In this document: positions 8,641 to 18,393 of the stretch, one piece after another
How the letters are laid out: each line of letters starts with the position of its first letter
Position numbering within the stretch: position 1 is the stretch's first letter
Source of the DNA: an uncultured Synergistaceae bacterium
Lineage (GTDB): Bacteria; Synergistota; Synergistia; Synergistales; Synergistaceae
Direction of reading: 5' to 3'
NCBI GenBank assembly: GCA_964450835.1
Contig: CAYVEQ010000001.1
Coordinates: forward strand, 3,722-67,721
Length of the DNA: 64,000 nt
The notes under the pieces: model-generated
The model's input: only the letters and a program-made list of their open reading frames with translations
Database searches by the model: none
Told to the model about the DNA's origin: nothing
Made by a program: the position numbers and the translations under genes

Positions 8641-9552
8641 TTATTTTTTTGATTTTTGCGCGGAACCGTTGCCGCCTTTTCCGCCGTTTTTCTCCATTTC
8701 CTGTTCGATATAGAGAATAAATTCCTTCAACGCTTTAGATTTGTGTCCCCCCTGAAGATAGGTGAACCAGGTGTTTCGGAAGATCGGGCTCCCGTCCTTA
8801 TGAAGCATCGGCATACGGAAGAGATTCACGGAGGCGGCTGCGTCCCGCGGCAGAAAACAGCAGACATAGCCCACTCCTTCGGACGCCATCTGCCAAGCCA
8901 CATCAACATAGCCGATGACCATGTTGGCCGGCGGCTCCATATCAAACTGCTCCCTGTACCAGTTGTCCATCAAATCCCGGGATTTGGCGTTGGTGCGGTA
9001 GGCCAGACGCTGCATCCCGGGCAGGTCGGCCAGTTCCGCAGGTTCACGCGTCAGAACATAGGCGGGGGTTTTCTCTACGAAGACTTTCTTCACCGGTCCC
9101 TCGTAATCTCCTCTGACAAAGGCCACGTCCACGGTGCCGTCCAACAGATAGCGAAAGAGGGTATCGCTCGGCTCGTTGAGCACGTTGAAATCAACGTCGG
9201 GGTGAAGATCCCTGTATTTCATCAGAAGGCCAGAGAGGCTGTACTTGCTGAATGTGTATGATGAACCGATCGTTATGACGCTGTCGCGGCAGGAGCGCAT
9301 CTGTTCAACGGTTCTCTTGGTCTCCTCAAGAAATTTCAGGTATATCTCCGCCTGCTGCCCAAGGTAGCGGCCCTCGGCCGTGAAAATCAGCCCGCGCGAC
9401 AGACGGTTGACAATTGAGACGCCAAACTCCTCCTCCATGTGCTGGAGCCGTTTGGTGAGCGAGGGCTGGGTCATATAGAGCAAATTGGCCACTCTCGTCA
9501 GGTTAGGAGTCTTGTAGAGTTCATACAGGATTTTCCAATCTGAATCTTTCAC
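8641..9552 (-). CDS. LysR-family transcriptional regulator
   Basis: N-terminal HTH (NLTRVANLLYMTQPSLTKRLQHMEEEFG...R..RG..FT.EG); 303 aa; GTG start with SD GGAGGAG. Confidence 0.95.
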   Translation of the reverse strand: MKDSDWKILYELYKTPNLTRVANLLYMTQPSLTKRLQHMEEEFGVSIVNRLSRGLIFTAEGRYLGQQAEIYLKFLEETKRTVEQMRSCRDSVITIGSSYTFSKYSLSGLLMKYRDLHPDVDFNVLNEPSDTLFRYLLDGTVDVAFVRGDYEGPVKKVFVEKTPAYVLTREPAELADLPGMQRLAYRTNAKSRDLMDNWYREQFDMEPPANMVIGYVDVAWQMASEGVGYVCCFLPRDAAASVNLFRMPMLHKDGSPIFRNTWFTYLQGGHKSKALKEFILYIEQEMEKNGGKGGNGSAQKSKK

Positions 9553-9584
9553 GCCGGCTCCTCCTTTCCGTCAGGCGTCTTATA

Positions 9585-11552
9585 TCAGCCCTGCCGCTTC
9601 TCCATCTCGGCCAGTTGATTCTTTAGGAAGCGGAGCTGGCCGCCCTGAAGTATGACCTCCACCTCGTTGTCGGTCAGGTCAAGCCGTACATCAAACTCAA
9701 AATGTTTGGTGACGTTGCGCACCGTAACACGCCGCGTCGGGATCTGATCGAGCAGATTGTCTATTTCCAGCTCGTCCATCTGGTCGATGCTGTCATAGGC
9801 GGCCGGGTCTTCAAAGAGCATGGGGATGACGCCGTGATTGACCAAATTGCCCTTGTGTATGCGGGCGATGCTCTTCGCGATGACGCACTTAATGCCCAGG
9901 TACATGGGGTTGATGGCGGCATGTTCACGGGAGGAACCCTGGCCGTAGTTCTCGCCCCCGACGATGATGCTGCTCCCCATCTCCTTGGCCCGCGCGGCAA
10001 AGGCGGGGTCGTAGCGGGTATAGCAGTACTGGCTCATCAGAGGAATATTGGACCGCATGGAGGAAAATTCCGCGCTGGCCGGCGTGATGTCGTCGGTGGA
10101 AACATTGTCGCGGGTCTTCAGGCTGACTCCGGCCTTCATGTACTGCTGAGGAACGTCGGGTATCGGCAGAAACTTGATGTTGGGGCCGCGGACGATTTCC
10201 ACCTTGGCAGATTCCTCAGGAGGCAGCGGCGGAATCAGCAGCGAATCGTCGCAAATGTAGGCAGCGGGTTCGGTAACCTGCCCGAGTTTGGCAACGTCGT
10301 ACCCCATGACGTCGCGGGCGGAGGCGAAGGTTCCCGCCACGGCTGTGGCGGCCGCGCTTTCCGGGGAGACAAGATAGATTTCGGCTGTGGGGTTGCCCGC
10401 GCGGCCTTTGAAATTACGGTTGGATGTGCGCACGGCCACACCGTTGGTCGGGGGCGTCTGACCGATGGCGCAGCAGGGGCCGCATGAAATTTCCAGCAGC
10501 CGGACGCCTGCGTCCGTCAGCATGTCGATGTAACCGTCGCGGAGCAGCTCCTTGTATGTCTGACGCGAAGCGATACCGCAGGTGCAGCTCACGTCCTCGT
10601 GGACGTGCCTGCCTTGGAATACAAGAGCCGCTTTGGCTATGTCGGCGTAGCTGGCGTTTGTGCATGAGCCGATGAATACCTGCTGAACCGGCTTCTTCTC
10701 CACCTGGCTCAGGAGCTTCACATTGTCCGGCAGATGCGGACATGCGACGAGCGGCTCAAGCGATCCGAGATCCAATGTCATCTCTTCGTCGTACTCCGCG
10801 TCCTCGTCGGGCAGAAGCTCCGTGTAGTCCTGAGAACGGCCCTGGGCGGTCAGGAATTTCTTTACCTCTTCGTCGGCCGGGAAGATCGAGGTCGTCGCTC
10901 CCATTTCGGCGCCCATATTTGCGATGGTGGCGCGCTGCGGAATCTCCAGGCTTGCGGCGCCCGGCCCCACATACTCGTAAACTTTGCCCAGACCGCCCTT
11001 GACCGACTCACGGCGAAGCATTTCCAAGATGACTTCCTTCGCGTTGACGCCGGGTTTAAGACGGCCGGTGAGATAGACCTTGACCACCTTGGGCATTTTC
11101 AGGCGCATCGGCACGCCCGTCATCGCTGTGGCTACGTCCATACCTCCCACACCGATGGAAAGCATTCCGACCGCTCCGCTGTGAGGGGTATGGCTGTCGC
11201 CTCCCATCAGCACCTGTCCGGGAACGGCGAAACGGGAAGTCTGAACGGTATGGCAGATGCCGTTGCCTGGCCGCGAGAGCCAGACTCCGTGTCTCTTCGC
11301 CACAGACTGGAGGTAAATGTGGTCATCAGGGGTCATGCTGTTGACATAGAGCAGATTGTGATCCAGATAGCTGACGCTGCATTTGACCCTGGTCCGGTCG
11401 ATGCCGATTGCCTCGAAGGCAAGATAGGTCATAACGGCGTTCACGTCGTGCGTCAATGTCTGATCAACCCTGATGAACACTTCCTCTCCGGGAACCATAC
11501 TGCCGGAGACGAAATGCGACTCGATTATTTTTCTTGTCAGAGATTTTTTCAT
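9585..11552 (-). CDS. Aconitase-family [4Fe-4S] hydratase (single-chain, 655 aa); substrate uncertain
   Basis: DHN, GNGICH, DSHT, IGSCTN, CGPC, RNFKGR and GQGSSREHA motifs; swivel domain fused at the C-terminus. Confidence 0.9.
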   Translation of the reverse strand: MKKSLTRKIIESHFVSGSMVPGEEVFIRVDQTLTHDVNAVMTYLAFEAIGIDRTRVKCSVSYLDHNLLYVNSMTPDDHIYLQSVAKRHGVWLSRPGNGICHTVQTSRFAVPGQVLMGGDSHTPHSGAVGMLSIGVGGMDVATAMTGVPMRLKMPKVVKVYLTGRLKPGVNAKEVILEMLRRESVKGGLGKVYEYVGPGAASLEIPQRATIANMGAEMGATTSIFPADEEVKKFLTAQGRSQDYTELLPDEDAEYDEEMTLDLGSLEPLVACPHLPDNVKLLSQVEKKPVQQVFIGSCTNASYADIAKAALVFQGRHVHEDVSCTCGIASRQTYKELLRDGYIDMLTDAGVRLLEISCGPCCAIGQTPPTNGVAVRTSNRNFKGRAGNPTAEIYLVSPESAAATAVAGTFASARDVMGYDVAKLGQVTEPAAYICDDSLLIPPLPPEESAKVEIVRGPNIKFLPIPDVPQQYMKAGVSLKTRDNVSTDDITPASAEFSSMRSNIPLMSQYCYTRYDPAFAARAKEMGSSIIVGGENYGQGSSREHAAINPMYLGIKCVIAKSIARIHKGNLVNHGVIPMLFEDPAAYDSIDQMDELEIDNLLDQIPTRRVTVRNVTKHFEFDVRLDLTDNEVEVILQGGQLRFLKNQLAEMEKRQG

Positions 11553-11570
11553 TCTTCTACACCCTCCTGT

Positions 11571-12245
11571 TCAGATAATTTCGCAGTCAATCTCACGGAG
11601 CTTCTCTGCCACCCAGGGGCGGGTGAATGTGCCTGAGGCGATTTTCTCCAGTGATTTTTTCTCTTTGTCCCCAACGACCAAGGCGGCCTCGGCAACCTGA
11701 GACGCAATTTCCGGCGAGATAAATATTATGCCGTCCGCGTCTCCCACAACAATGTCACCGGGGCGAACCACCCTGCCTCCGATAACCACGGGAACGTTGA
11801 TCTCTCCCGGGCCGTTCTTATAGGGGCCGTTGGGCGTAAAGCCGCGGGCATAAACGTGGAAATCCTCCACAGCCTCAATGCCCTCTTTGTCGCGGACCGC
11901 ACCGTCGCAGACAATGCCCTTAATGCCGCGCGCCTTGGAGTAGATGACAAGCAGGTCTCCGAACATAGCCCGCTCGGTCCGCCCTCCGGCATCCACCACA
12001 ATGACGTCTCCCGGCTTTGCTATATCCAGCGCCGCGTGGAACATGAGGTTATCCCCTTCTGGCACCTTCACAGTGAAAGCGCAGCCCAGCAACTGGCCCT
12101 TGTTGAGAGGCCGGATTGCCGCGTCCGCCGCCGCCGTGCGTCCCATGCAGTCGTCCAGGTCGGATACCGGAATGCCCCTGAAGCGCTCCACCAGCGCCGT
12201 ATCTGGTCTGTGAAAGTCGCGGATGATTTTGCATCCGATTGCCAT
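11571..12245 (-). CDS. RraA/HMG-CHA aldolase family protein (class II pyruvate aldolase-like)
   Basis: AFTVK...GDNL...A...PGDVIVVD, GDLL, DGAVRD, PGDIVVGDADG motifs. Start at ATG 12245 behind GGAAGGAGG. Confidence 0.88.
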   Translation of the reverse strand: MAIGCKIIRDFHRPDTALVERFRGIPVSDLDDCMGRTAAADAAIRPLNKGQLLGCAFTVKVPEGDNLMFHAALDIAKPGDVIVVDAGGRTERAMFGDLLVIYSKARGIKGIVCDGAVRDKEGIEAVEDFHVYARGFTPNGPYKNGPGEINVPVVIGGRVVRPGDIVVGDADGIIFISPEIASQVAEAALVVGDKEKKSLEKIASGTFTRPWVAEKLREIDCEII

Positions 12246-12311
12246 ATCTCTGCCTCCTTCCAATTTTTACAGCGGGGAAATGCCATATCAACTTTTTTAT
12301 CTTTCTTTTTT

Positions 12312-12340
12312 ATCTTAGATTAGAGGCGGGTGAATGTAAA
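12312..12340 (-). promoter_or_regulatory. Promoter of the accessory operon
   Basis: TTTACA-N17-TAAGAT on the minus strand. Confidence 0.65.
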
Positions 12341-12359
12341 ATTGTATTATTCTATTGCC

Positions 12360-12378
12360 ATATTCCCAAAGAGAATAT
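12360..12378. promoter_or_regulatory. Putative LysR recognition site
   Basis: Perfect inverted repeat ATATTC-N7-GAATAT containing T-N11-A, centred about 64 nt upstream of the predicted start site. Confidence 0.6.
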
Positions 12379-12509
12379 CGAAAATGTACGGCGCGCTGTC
12401 ATGCCGCATACGTCACTGTTTTTTCTTCCGCACGCCGCGCTTTTGCCGCGCGGGATATGAATGTCAGCACTGCCGCTGTTCAGACTGCGAAACGATCCGG
12501 CGAACGGAC

Positions 12510-12539
12510 AAAAAAAGCGGCGCGCCCTGCGGCGCGCCG
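12510..12539 (-). terminator. Intrinsic terminator of the V-ATPase operon
   Basis: CGGCGCGCC / GGCGCGCCG 9-bp stem followed by T7 on the minus strand. Confidence 0.85.
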
Positions 12540-12560
12540 TACAAGAAAACTGCATAGCTT

Positions 12561-13187
12561 CTAGTGGTTTCTCACGATTTCCTTGATGACCATAAGTCTG
12601 CTCAGAGTACTCCGTTCCATCTCTTCGAGCTTCATAGAGATAGAGCGTATCGCCTCTGTGAACGACGGGATCATTACGTGCTCGAGCGCGTTGACGCGGC
12701 GGCGCGTGCGCTCTATTTCAAGCGCCATGGCGCGGATAGCCTTCTCCTCAGCCGCGAGGCGGACGAGCTTCGGCATGACTTCCAGGAATTTCTCAAGCGC
12801 GACATCAAGGCTTCCGGGCGAGGCGGCGAGGCCGTAGTTGAGCTCCGAACGCTGCTCGGGGAATTCAAATTCCGGAACGCGGACGCTCATTACGTTCCTG
12901 TGCTCGACGCTTACCCGAAGGTCGCCGCCCGCCGTCATCAGAGTCTGTTCAAGAACCTGCGGGAGAGTCTGCGCGCGAGCGAGGAGAAAGCCGCCGTAAC
13001 ATTCGCCAAGCTCTCGCTCTACACTCTGCCGCAGTCCGTAGGTGGCTCTGGCTCTGACAAGAAATTCCTTGACGAGCGCGTCCTGCTTGTCTTTGAGCAG
13101 TTTGTGGCCCCGTTTCGCGACTACAAGCTGACGTTTCAGCCGCGATAACTCCATTCTGTTGGGGTTGACGTTAAGCGCCTTTGCCAT
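12561..13187 (-). CDS. ntpD: V-type ATP synthase subunit D
   Basis: NPNRMEL...RGHKLLKDK; EIERTRRRVNALEH. Confidence 0.95.
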   Translation of the reverse strand: MAKALNVNPNRMELSRLKRQLVVAKRGHKLLKDKQDALVKEFLVRARATYGLRQSVERELGECYGGFLLARAQTLPQVLEQTLMTAGGDLRVSVEHRNVMSVRVPEFEFPEQRSELNYGLAASPGSLDVALEKFLEVMPKLVRLAAEEKAIRAMALEIERTRRRVNALEHVMIPSFTEAIRSISMKLEEMERSTLSRLMVIKEIVRNH

Positions 13188-13203
13188 TGAAGGTCACCCC
13201 TCC

Positions 13204-14619
13204 CTACTGTTCCTGCTGCGCGAGTTCCTCTTGTGCCTCTAAGAGCGGCTTAAGGTACTTCTCTATATACTCGTCTCTGATACGTTTGAGTTCTCTGACA
13301 GGCACTATTGTGAGCAGGTCCCAGCCGAGCTGAAGCGTGTCTTCTATGCTGCGGTTGTCGTACTCGCCCTGACGCACGTATTTGTCCTCAAACTCGTCGG
13401 AAAATTTGGCAAACGCCTTGTCTTCTTCGGAGAGCGCGCCTTCGCCGAGGATAACGGCAAGCTCTTTCGCCTCTTTGCCGCGCGAGTAGGCGGCGAAGAG
13501 CTGGTTCATAAGGTCGGCGTGGTCTTCGCGTGTCTTGCCCTTGCCTATGCCTTTGTCTTTGAGTCGTGAAAGCGACGGCATGACATCGACCGGCGGATAG
13601 ATTCCCTTGCGGTGCAGCGTGCGCGAAAGAATTATCTGCCCTTCCGTGATGTAGCCCGTAAGGTCGGGAATCGGGTGCGTTTTGTCGTCTTCGGGCATTG
13701 TCAGGATCGGGATTTGCGTGATGGAGCCTATTTTGCCGCGCAAACGTCCTGCGCGCTCGTACATGGTGGCGAGGTCAGTATAGAGATAACCCGGGTAGCC
13801 GCGGCGTCCGGGGACTTCCTTCCTTGCCGCCGAAATTTCGCGGAGAGCTTCGCAGTAGTTTGTAAGGTCCGTCAGAATGACAAGGACGTGCATTCCTTTT
13901 TCGAAGGCGAGATATTCCGCCGCAGTCAAAGCAAGGCGAGGCGTGGATATACGCTCAATCGCCGGGTCGTCCGCGAGGTTGACGTACATGACAGTACGCT
14001 GCAGCGCGCCTGTCTTGCGGAAATCTTCCATGAAGAAGGATGCTTCCTCAAATGTGATGCCCATTGCCGCGAAGACAACGGCGAAGTCGGAGTGGCCGCT
14101 TATGACTGTCGCCTGTCTGGCGATCTGAGCCGCCATTCTGTTGTGCGGCATACCGCTTCCGGAAAATATCGGGAGCTTTTGTCCGCGGACGAGCGGATTC
14201 ATGCCGTCGATAGTCGAGACACCTGTCTGTATGAATTCAGACGGGTAGTCGCGCGAGAAGGGGTTCATCGGGTTGCCGTTGACGTCAAGCGTCGTCTCCG
14301 GAATGATTGCAGGGCCTCCGTCAATGGGGTCGCCCCGTCCGTTGAATATACGGCCGAGCATATCGCGCGATACCGGAAGCCGCAGAACGTCTCCGAGGAA
14401 TCTAATCTGCGTTGTGTTCACGTCTATTCCGCTGCTTCCCTCATAGACCTGCACAAGGGCGCGATCTCCGCTGATTTCGAGCACGCGGCCGCGGCGGCGC
14501 TCTCCGTTTGAAAGCGTTATTTCGGCAAGTTCGTCATAGCTGACGTCGCTCACCTTATTGACCATCATCAGAGGGCCGGAAAGGTTGGAGATAGTCTTAT
14601 ATTCCTCAGGCAACATCAT
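13204..14619 (-). CDS. ntpB: V-type ATP synthase subunit B
   Basis: [49 protein letters not shown]. Start at ATG 14619 behind GGGAGGTG. Confidence 0.96.
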   Translation of the reverse strand: MMLPEEYKTISNLSGPLMMVNKVSDVSYDELAEITLSNGERRRGRVLEISGDRALVQVYEGSSGIDVNTTQIRFLGDVLRLPVSRDMLGRIFNGRGDPIDGGPAIIPETTLDVNGNPMNPFSRDYPSEFIQTGVSTIDGMNPLVRGQKLPIFSGSGMPHNRMAAQIARQATVISGHSDFAVVFAAMGITFEEASFFMEDFRKTGALQRTVMYVNLADDPAIERISTPRLALTAAEYLAFEKGMHVLVILTDLTNYCEALREISAARKEVPGRRGYPGYLYTDLATMYERAGRLRGKIGSITQIPILTMPEDDKTHPIPDLTGYITEGQIILSRTLHRKGIYPPVDVMPSLSRLKDKGIGKGKTREDHADLMNQLFAAYSRGKEAKELAVILGEGALSEEDKAFAKFSDEFEDKYVRQGEYDNRSIEDTLQLGWDLLTIVPVRELKRIRDEYIEKYLKPLLEAQEELAQQEQ

Positions 14620-16405
14620 TGCGTTCACCTCCCATTGCAAGCAGTTTGCCGAGTTCGGCTTTTATTTTTGTCTCAAGCTCGTCAAGCTTGGCCAGTTCGT
14701 TTTCTTCGGTGTAGCGCATACGTGAGATTTCTTCGCGTATCGGCAGATCGAAAACCGAACTCATTGTGCCGCCGCGCTTCAGCACCTGCATGCCGAGCGC
14801 GTGGAAGGTCAGTATGTTGCGAAGCATCTTGAACTGCTTGTCCATCGACGCGTAGGTATCAATCTCGTGGAATGAATTCTGGTGCAGGAAGTCCTCGCGT
14901 ATTGACTTCGATGTTTCAAGCACCATGCGTTCTTCTTTCGAGAGCGCGTCAATGCCGACGAGGCGGACGATTTCTTTCAGTTTGTCCTCGTCCTCCAGCA
15001 GCGACATGGCTTCCGTGCGGTACACGCTCCATTCGCCGTCATAGAAGTTGTCCCAGTATTCGCCGAGCTTCTGCGCGTAAAGGGAATAACTGTTGAGCCA
15101 GTTGATTGCCGGGAAGTGGCGCTGATAGGCAAGCTGCGAGTCAAGCCCCCAGAATACCTTTGTGACGCGAAGCGTGTTCTGCGTCACGGGCTCCGAGAGG
15201 TCCCCGCCGGGAGGCGATACCGCGCCGATTACGGAAACAGCGCCCTCGCGGCCGTCCTTGCCGAAGCATATCGCGCGTCCCGCTCTTTCGTAGAAAGAGG
15301 CAAGGCGCGTACCGAGGTAAGCCGGATATCCCTCTTCGCCGGGCATTTCTTCAAGGCGTCCGGACATCTCGCGCAGAGCTTCCGCCCAGCGCGACGTGGA
15401 GTCCGCCATAAGAGCTACGGAATACCCCATGTCGCGGAAATATTCAGCTATCGTGATGCCCGTGTATATTGAGGCTTCGCGGGCCGCGACGGGCATATTC
15501 GAGGTGTTGGCTATAAGCAGCGTCCTCTTCATAAGTGGCTGGCCCGAACGCGGGTCCTCAAGTTCCGGGAATTCAAGAAGAACGTCTGTCATCTCATTGC
15601 CACGTTCGCCGCAGCCGATGTAGACAACGATCTCCGCGTCCGCCCACTTGGCGAGCTGGTGCTGTATAACGGTTTTTCCTGAACCGAAGGGGCCGGGAAC
15701 ACAGGCCGTGCCGCCGCGCGCTATTGGGAAGAATGTGTCGACGACGCGCTGTCCGGTTGTAAGAGGCACTTCAGGCGGAAGGCGTTTGACGACCGGGCGC
15801 GGTGAACGCACGGGCCAGCGCTGAAGCAGTTTAATCTCATGATCCTGCCCCTTCGCGTCCGTTACGACAGCGACAGTTTCCTCGACTGTAAATTCGCCTA
15901 TCTTAATTTCTTTGATTTTTCCGGCCACCCCGTGAGGAACCATTATTCTGTGCTCTACAAGAACCGTCTCGTTTACGATTCCGATGATATCGCCCGGGGC
16001 CACTTCGTCTCCTACCTCAGCCTTAGGCTCAAAGGCCCATTTGCGTGTGCGGCTCACTGCGGGAACGCTGATCCCCCTGAGGATATAAGGACTCTGCGCC
16101 TTGTCCTGAATCGCTTCGAGCGGACGCTGTATGCCGTCAAAAAATTCTTCTATCATTCCCGGGGCGAGTTCAACGGAAAGAGGCTCTCCTGTGCTGACGA
16201 CAGGCTCTCCGGGGGCAAGCCCGGACGTTTCCTCATAAACCTGTACTGACGCCTGATCGTCTTTGAGTTCTATTATTTCTCCGACGAGGCCGGCCCTGCC
16301 GACTTTAACGACGTCGAACATGCAGGCTCCGGCCATGCCGCCGGCTATTACAAGCGGGCCGGATATTTTTTCAATATATCCGGTAACGGTGTTAGGTGTG
16401 GTCAA
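14606..16405 (-). CDS. ntpA: V-type ATP synthase subunit A
   Basis: Walker [39 protein letters not shown]; TTG start with SD GGAGG. Confidence 0.96.
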   Translation of the reverse strand: MTTPNTVTGYIEKISGPLVIAGGMAGACMFDVVKVGRAGLVGEIIELKDDQASVQVYEETSGLAPGEPVVSTGEPLSVELAPGMIEEFFDGIQRPLEAIQDKAQSPYILRGISVPAVSRTRKWAFEPKAEVGDEVAPGDIIGIVNETVLVEHRIMVPHGVAGKIKEIKIGEFTVEETVAVVTDAKGQDHEIKLLQRWPVRSPRPVVKRLPPEVPLTTGQRVVDTFFPIARGGTACVPGPFGSGKTVIQHQLAKWADAEIVVYIGCGERGNEMTDVLLEFPELEDPRSGQPLMKRTLLIANTSNMPVAAREASIYTGITIAEYFRDMGYSVALMADSTSRWAEALREMSGRLEEMPGEEGYPAYLGTRLASFYERAGRAICFGKDGREGAVSVIGAVSPPGGDLSEPVTQNTLRVTKVFWGLDSQLAYQRHFPAINWLNSYSLYAQKLGEYWDNFYDGEWSVYRTEAMSLLEDEDKLKEIVRLVGIDALSKEERMVLETSKSIREDFLHQNSFHEIDTYASMDKQFKMLRNILTFHALGMQVLKRGGTMSSVFDLPIREEISRMRYTEENELAKLDELETKIKAELGKLLAMGGERNDVA

Positions 16406-16429
16406 ATTAAATCGCCTCCGTCACAATCA

Positions 16430-16771
16430 TCATTTATCACCGAATATGTCCATGCCGACCGCGCGTTCGACGTTGCGGCGTATCGACAGAAGACCGACGT
16501 TCATCGACCCTGTCTGATTGGGCACAGGGATTATACTTATATCGGAATATTCGTTTATCTCGTCGACGGCCTCTCTGAACTCGGAGTACAGCGGCTCTTC
16601 GAGGAAGAGCGCGGCATACCCGGAGCGGGCGAATCTGCTCAGCGTCTGAGGAACTGACGAGCGGTTCTCATCTGTGACAACTACCACATCAAGTCCTATC
16701 GCCTTAAAAGGCAGAATGCTCTCGTAATTTCCGACTGCCGCCATCGGGGCTCTCTGTTTATGCGTTGACAT
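16430..16771 (-). CDS. V-type ATP synthase subunit F
   Basis: AAVGNYESILPFKAIG; IIPVP...G...IRRNVERAVGMDI; position in the operon. Confidence 0.88.
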   Translation of the reverse strand: MSTHKQRAPMAAVGNYESILPFKAIGLDVVVVTDENRSSVPQTLSRFARSGYAALFLEEPLYSEFREAVDEINEYSDISIIPVPNQTGSMNVGLLSIRRNVERAVGMDIFGDK

Positions 16772-17774
16772 TGCGCAGAAGCCTCCTTATCTGACCGCCG
16801 TCTTTGCCTGTCGCCTTGGATACGGCGATCATGCGTATGTTCTTGACCTCAAGCTCTTTGGCCCACAGATACGCCACCAGGTTGCCCGGAGCGCTGGAAC
16901 TGAAGCGGCTGCCGGAGATGGCGTGCAGGTAAAAGTCGTCAAGCGCTTTTTCCAAGTCCATCATAACATCGGCAAAAGGAGCGGCTGCGTCTGTTCCGGC
17001 GAAAAGCCCGGCGATGTCGGCATAGGCTATCATACGTCCCCATGTTTCAAAAGGCTCTGAAATCATCGGCGCAAGTGTGTTGATATCCAAGTTGCCGCCT
17101 TCGTGGAGGAAAGCCGCTGCGCGCGAAGCGTCAAAGCCGAAACGCTTGAGTCTGAGCAGCGAGCGGATGTTTTCTCCGTCTATCCTGAGCCTCACCCAAG
17201 ATGAAATTTCAGGGACAGACAATCCGTCGGCCTCTTCACTCATAACGGCGTACAGCTGCCCGTCAAGCGCCCGTTCGACTTCCAATACGTCATGGTTCTG
17301 CTCCCACGCGGAAAGGCATTTCGGAAAGAGTGCAGCCAGACCGAAAGGCAAAAGCCGATAGTCTTCCGCCTCTATCTCGGAAATCAGCTTGTCAACAGGA
17401 TAAGAGGCAAGCGACGTGAGAAGATCCCATCTTTTTCTGCCGCCGCTTCTTGCGCTGAAGATGCTTTTCAGCATAACCTTGACATTGCTGAAGTCATACG
17501 GCAGACGAAGCAGTGTGACCAGCTCTTTCTGAGGAGCGAAGGAATTCACCTCTTCGTAGGTATCGTGCAGCACTGTTTCCAGAACTTTGTCGAACCCTCC
17601 GCTGCCGGAAACCGACGCGAGCGCTGCCGCGTAAGAGGTTTCTCCGAGAATTTTCATGACGGAGGGCGTGTCTTCGGCGTCGAGCATCCTCGTGAAAACC
17701 GAGGCGTCAAGAAGGCGCAGCTCCATAGCGCGTATACGCGCCACGGCATATCCGTAAGCCTCCTTATATGACAT
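16758..17774 (-). CDS. ntpC: V-type ATP synthase subunit C
   Basis: YGYAVARIRAMELRLL; AYLWAKELEVKNIRMI; position in the operon. Confidence 0.9.
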   Translation of the reverse strand: MSYKEAYGYAVARIRAMELRLLDASVFTRMLDAEDTPSVMKILGETSYAAALASVSGSGGFDKVLETVLHDTYEEVNSFAPQKELVTLLRLPYDFSNVKVMLKSIFSARSGGRKRWDLLTSLASYPVDKLISEIEAEDYRLLPFGLAALFPKCLSAWEQNHDVLEVERALDGQLYAVMSEEADGLSVPEISSWVRLRIDGENIRSLLRLKRFGFDASRAAAFLHEGGNLDINTLAPMISEPFETWGRMIAYADIAGLFAGTDAAAPFADVMMDLEKALDDFYLHAISGSRFSSSAPGNLVAYLWAKELEVKNIRMIAVSKATGKDGGQIRRLLRNVNA

Positions 17775-17790
17775 CAGGGCACCTCCTTCT

Positions 17791-18375
17791 TCACGCGGCC
17801 GGGAACAAACGCTTTACAACGTCAGATTCCTGTTTTTCCTGAGAGACTTTAAGAAGCATCTCCCAAGAGCAATTTACGCTGATTCTTCCTCTGCGGAGAA
17901 TAAAACCTCCCGCTATATCGGCTCTCTCACCGGAGAGAGTAAGAGCGGAACCGTGGGACGAGTTGTAAGCGTCAAGCCACGCGGCGTCAATGTACTTTTC
18001 TTCCGAGCCGATTACGACCTCTTCGTCCTTGGAGGAAACCCCGCCGTCAAGAAGATTCGTGCAGAAAGCGAGATATTCGTCCTTAGGAAGAGCTTTCATC
18101 TTATCGAGAGCGCCGCTGTATACACGCTCAATCAGCTCGCGTTTCGCGCTGAGCATCATTTTGCTTATATCTATGTCCGCGACAATCTCTCTGCGTTTTA
18201 TTATTTCAGGGCGTTCAGCTTCAAAACGGGCGTCGAATCCCTCCTGTATATCGCGGCATTCTTTGTCGGCCTTGGCCGCAAGGGCCTCTGCCTGCGATTT
18301 AGCCTTCGCGAGGATTTCGTCCGCCTCTTTCTGAGCGTCGTTCCTGATTTTTTCAGTAATCTGAGCTAAAGACAT
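17791..18375 (-). CDS. ntpE: V-type ATP synthase subunit E
   Basis: Coiled-coil N-terminus, GGFIL...I.VNCS; position in the operon. Confidence 0.9.
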   Translation of the reverse strand: MSLAQITEKIRNDAQKEADEILAKAKSQAEALAAKADKECRDIQEGFDARFEAERPEIIKRREIVADIDISKMMLSAKRELIERVYSGALDKMKALPKDEYLAFCTNLLDGGVSSKDEEVVIGSEEKYIDAAWLDAYNSSHGSALTLSGERADIAGGFILRRGRISVNCSWEMLLKVSQEKQESDVVKRLFPAA

Positions 18376-18393
18376 GACACTCAGTCTTCTTTG

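Noticed and set aside
6180-12500. Target-site duplication or att sites flanking the accessory operon
   Set aside because: Only 8-9 nt GC-rich matches (for example ACTGCCGC), which are expected by chance; no integrase or transposase is present.
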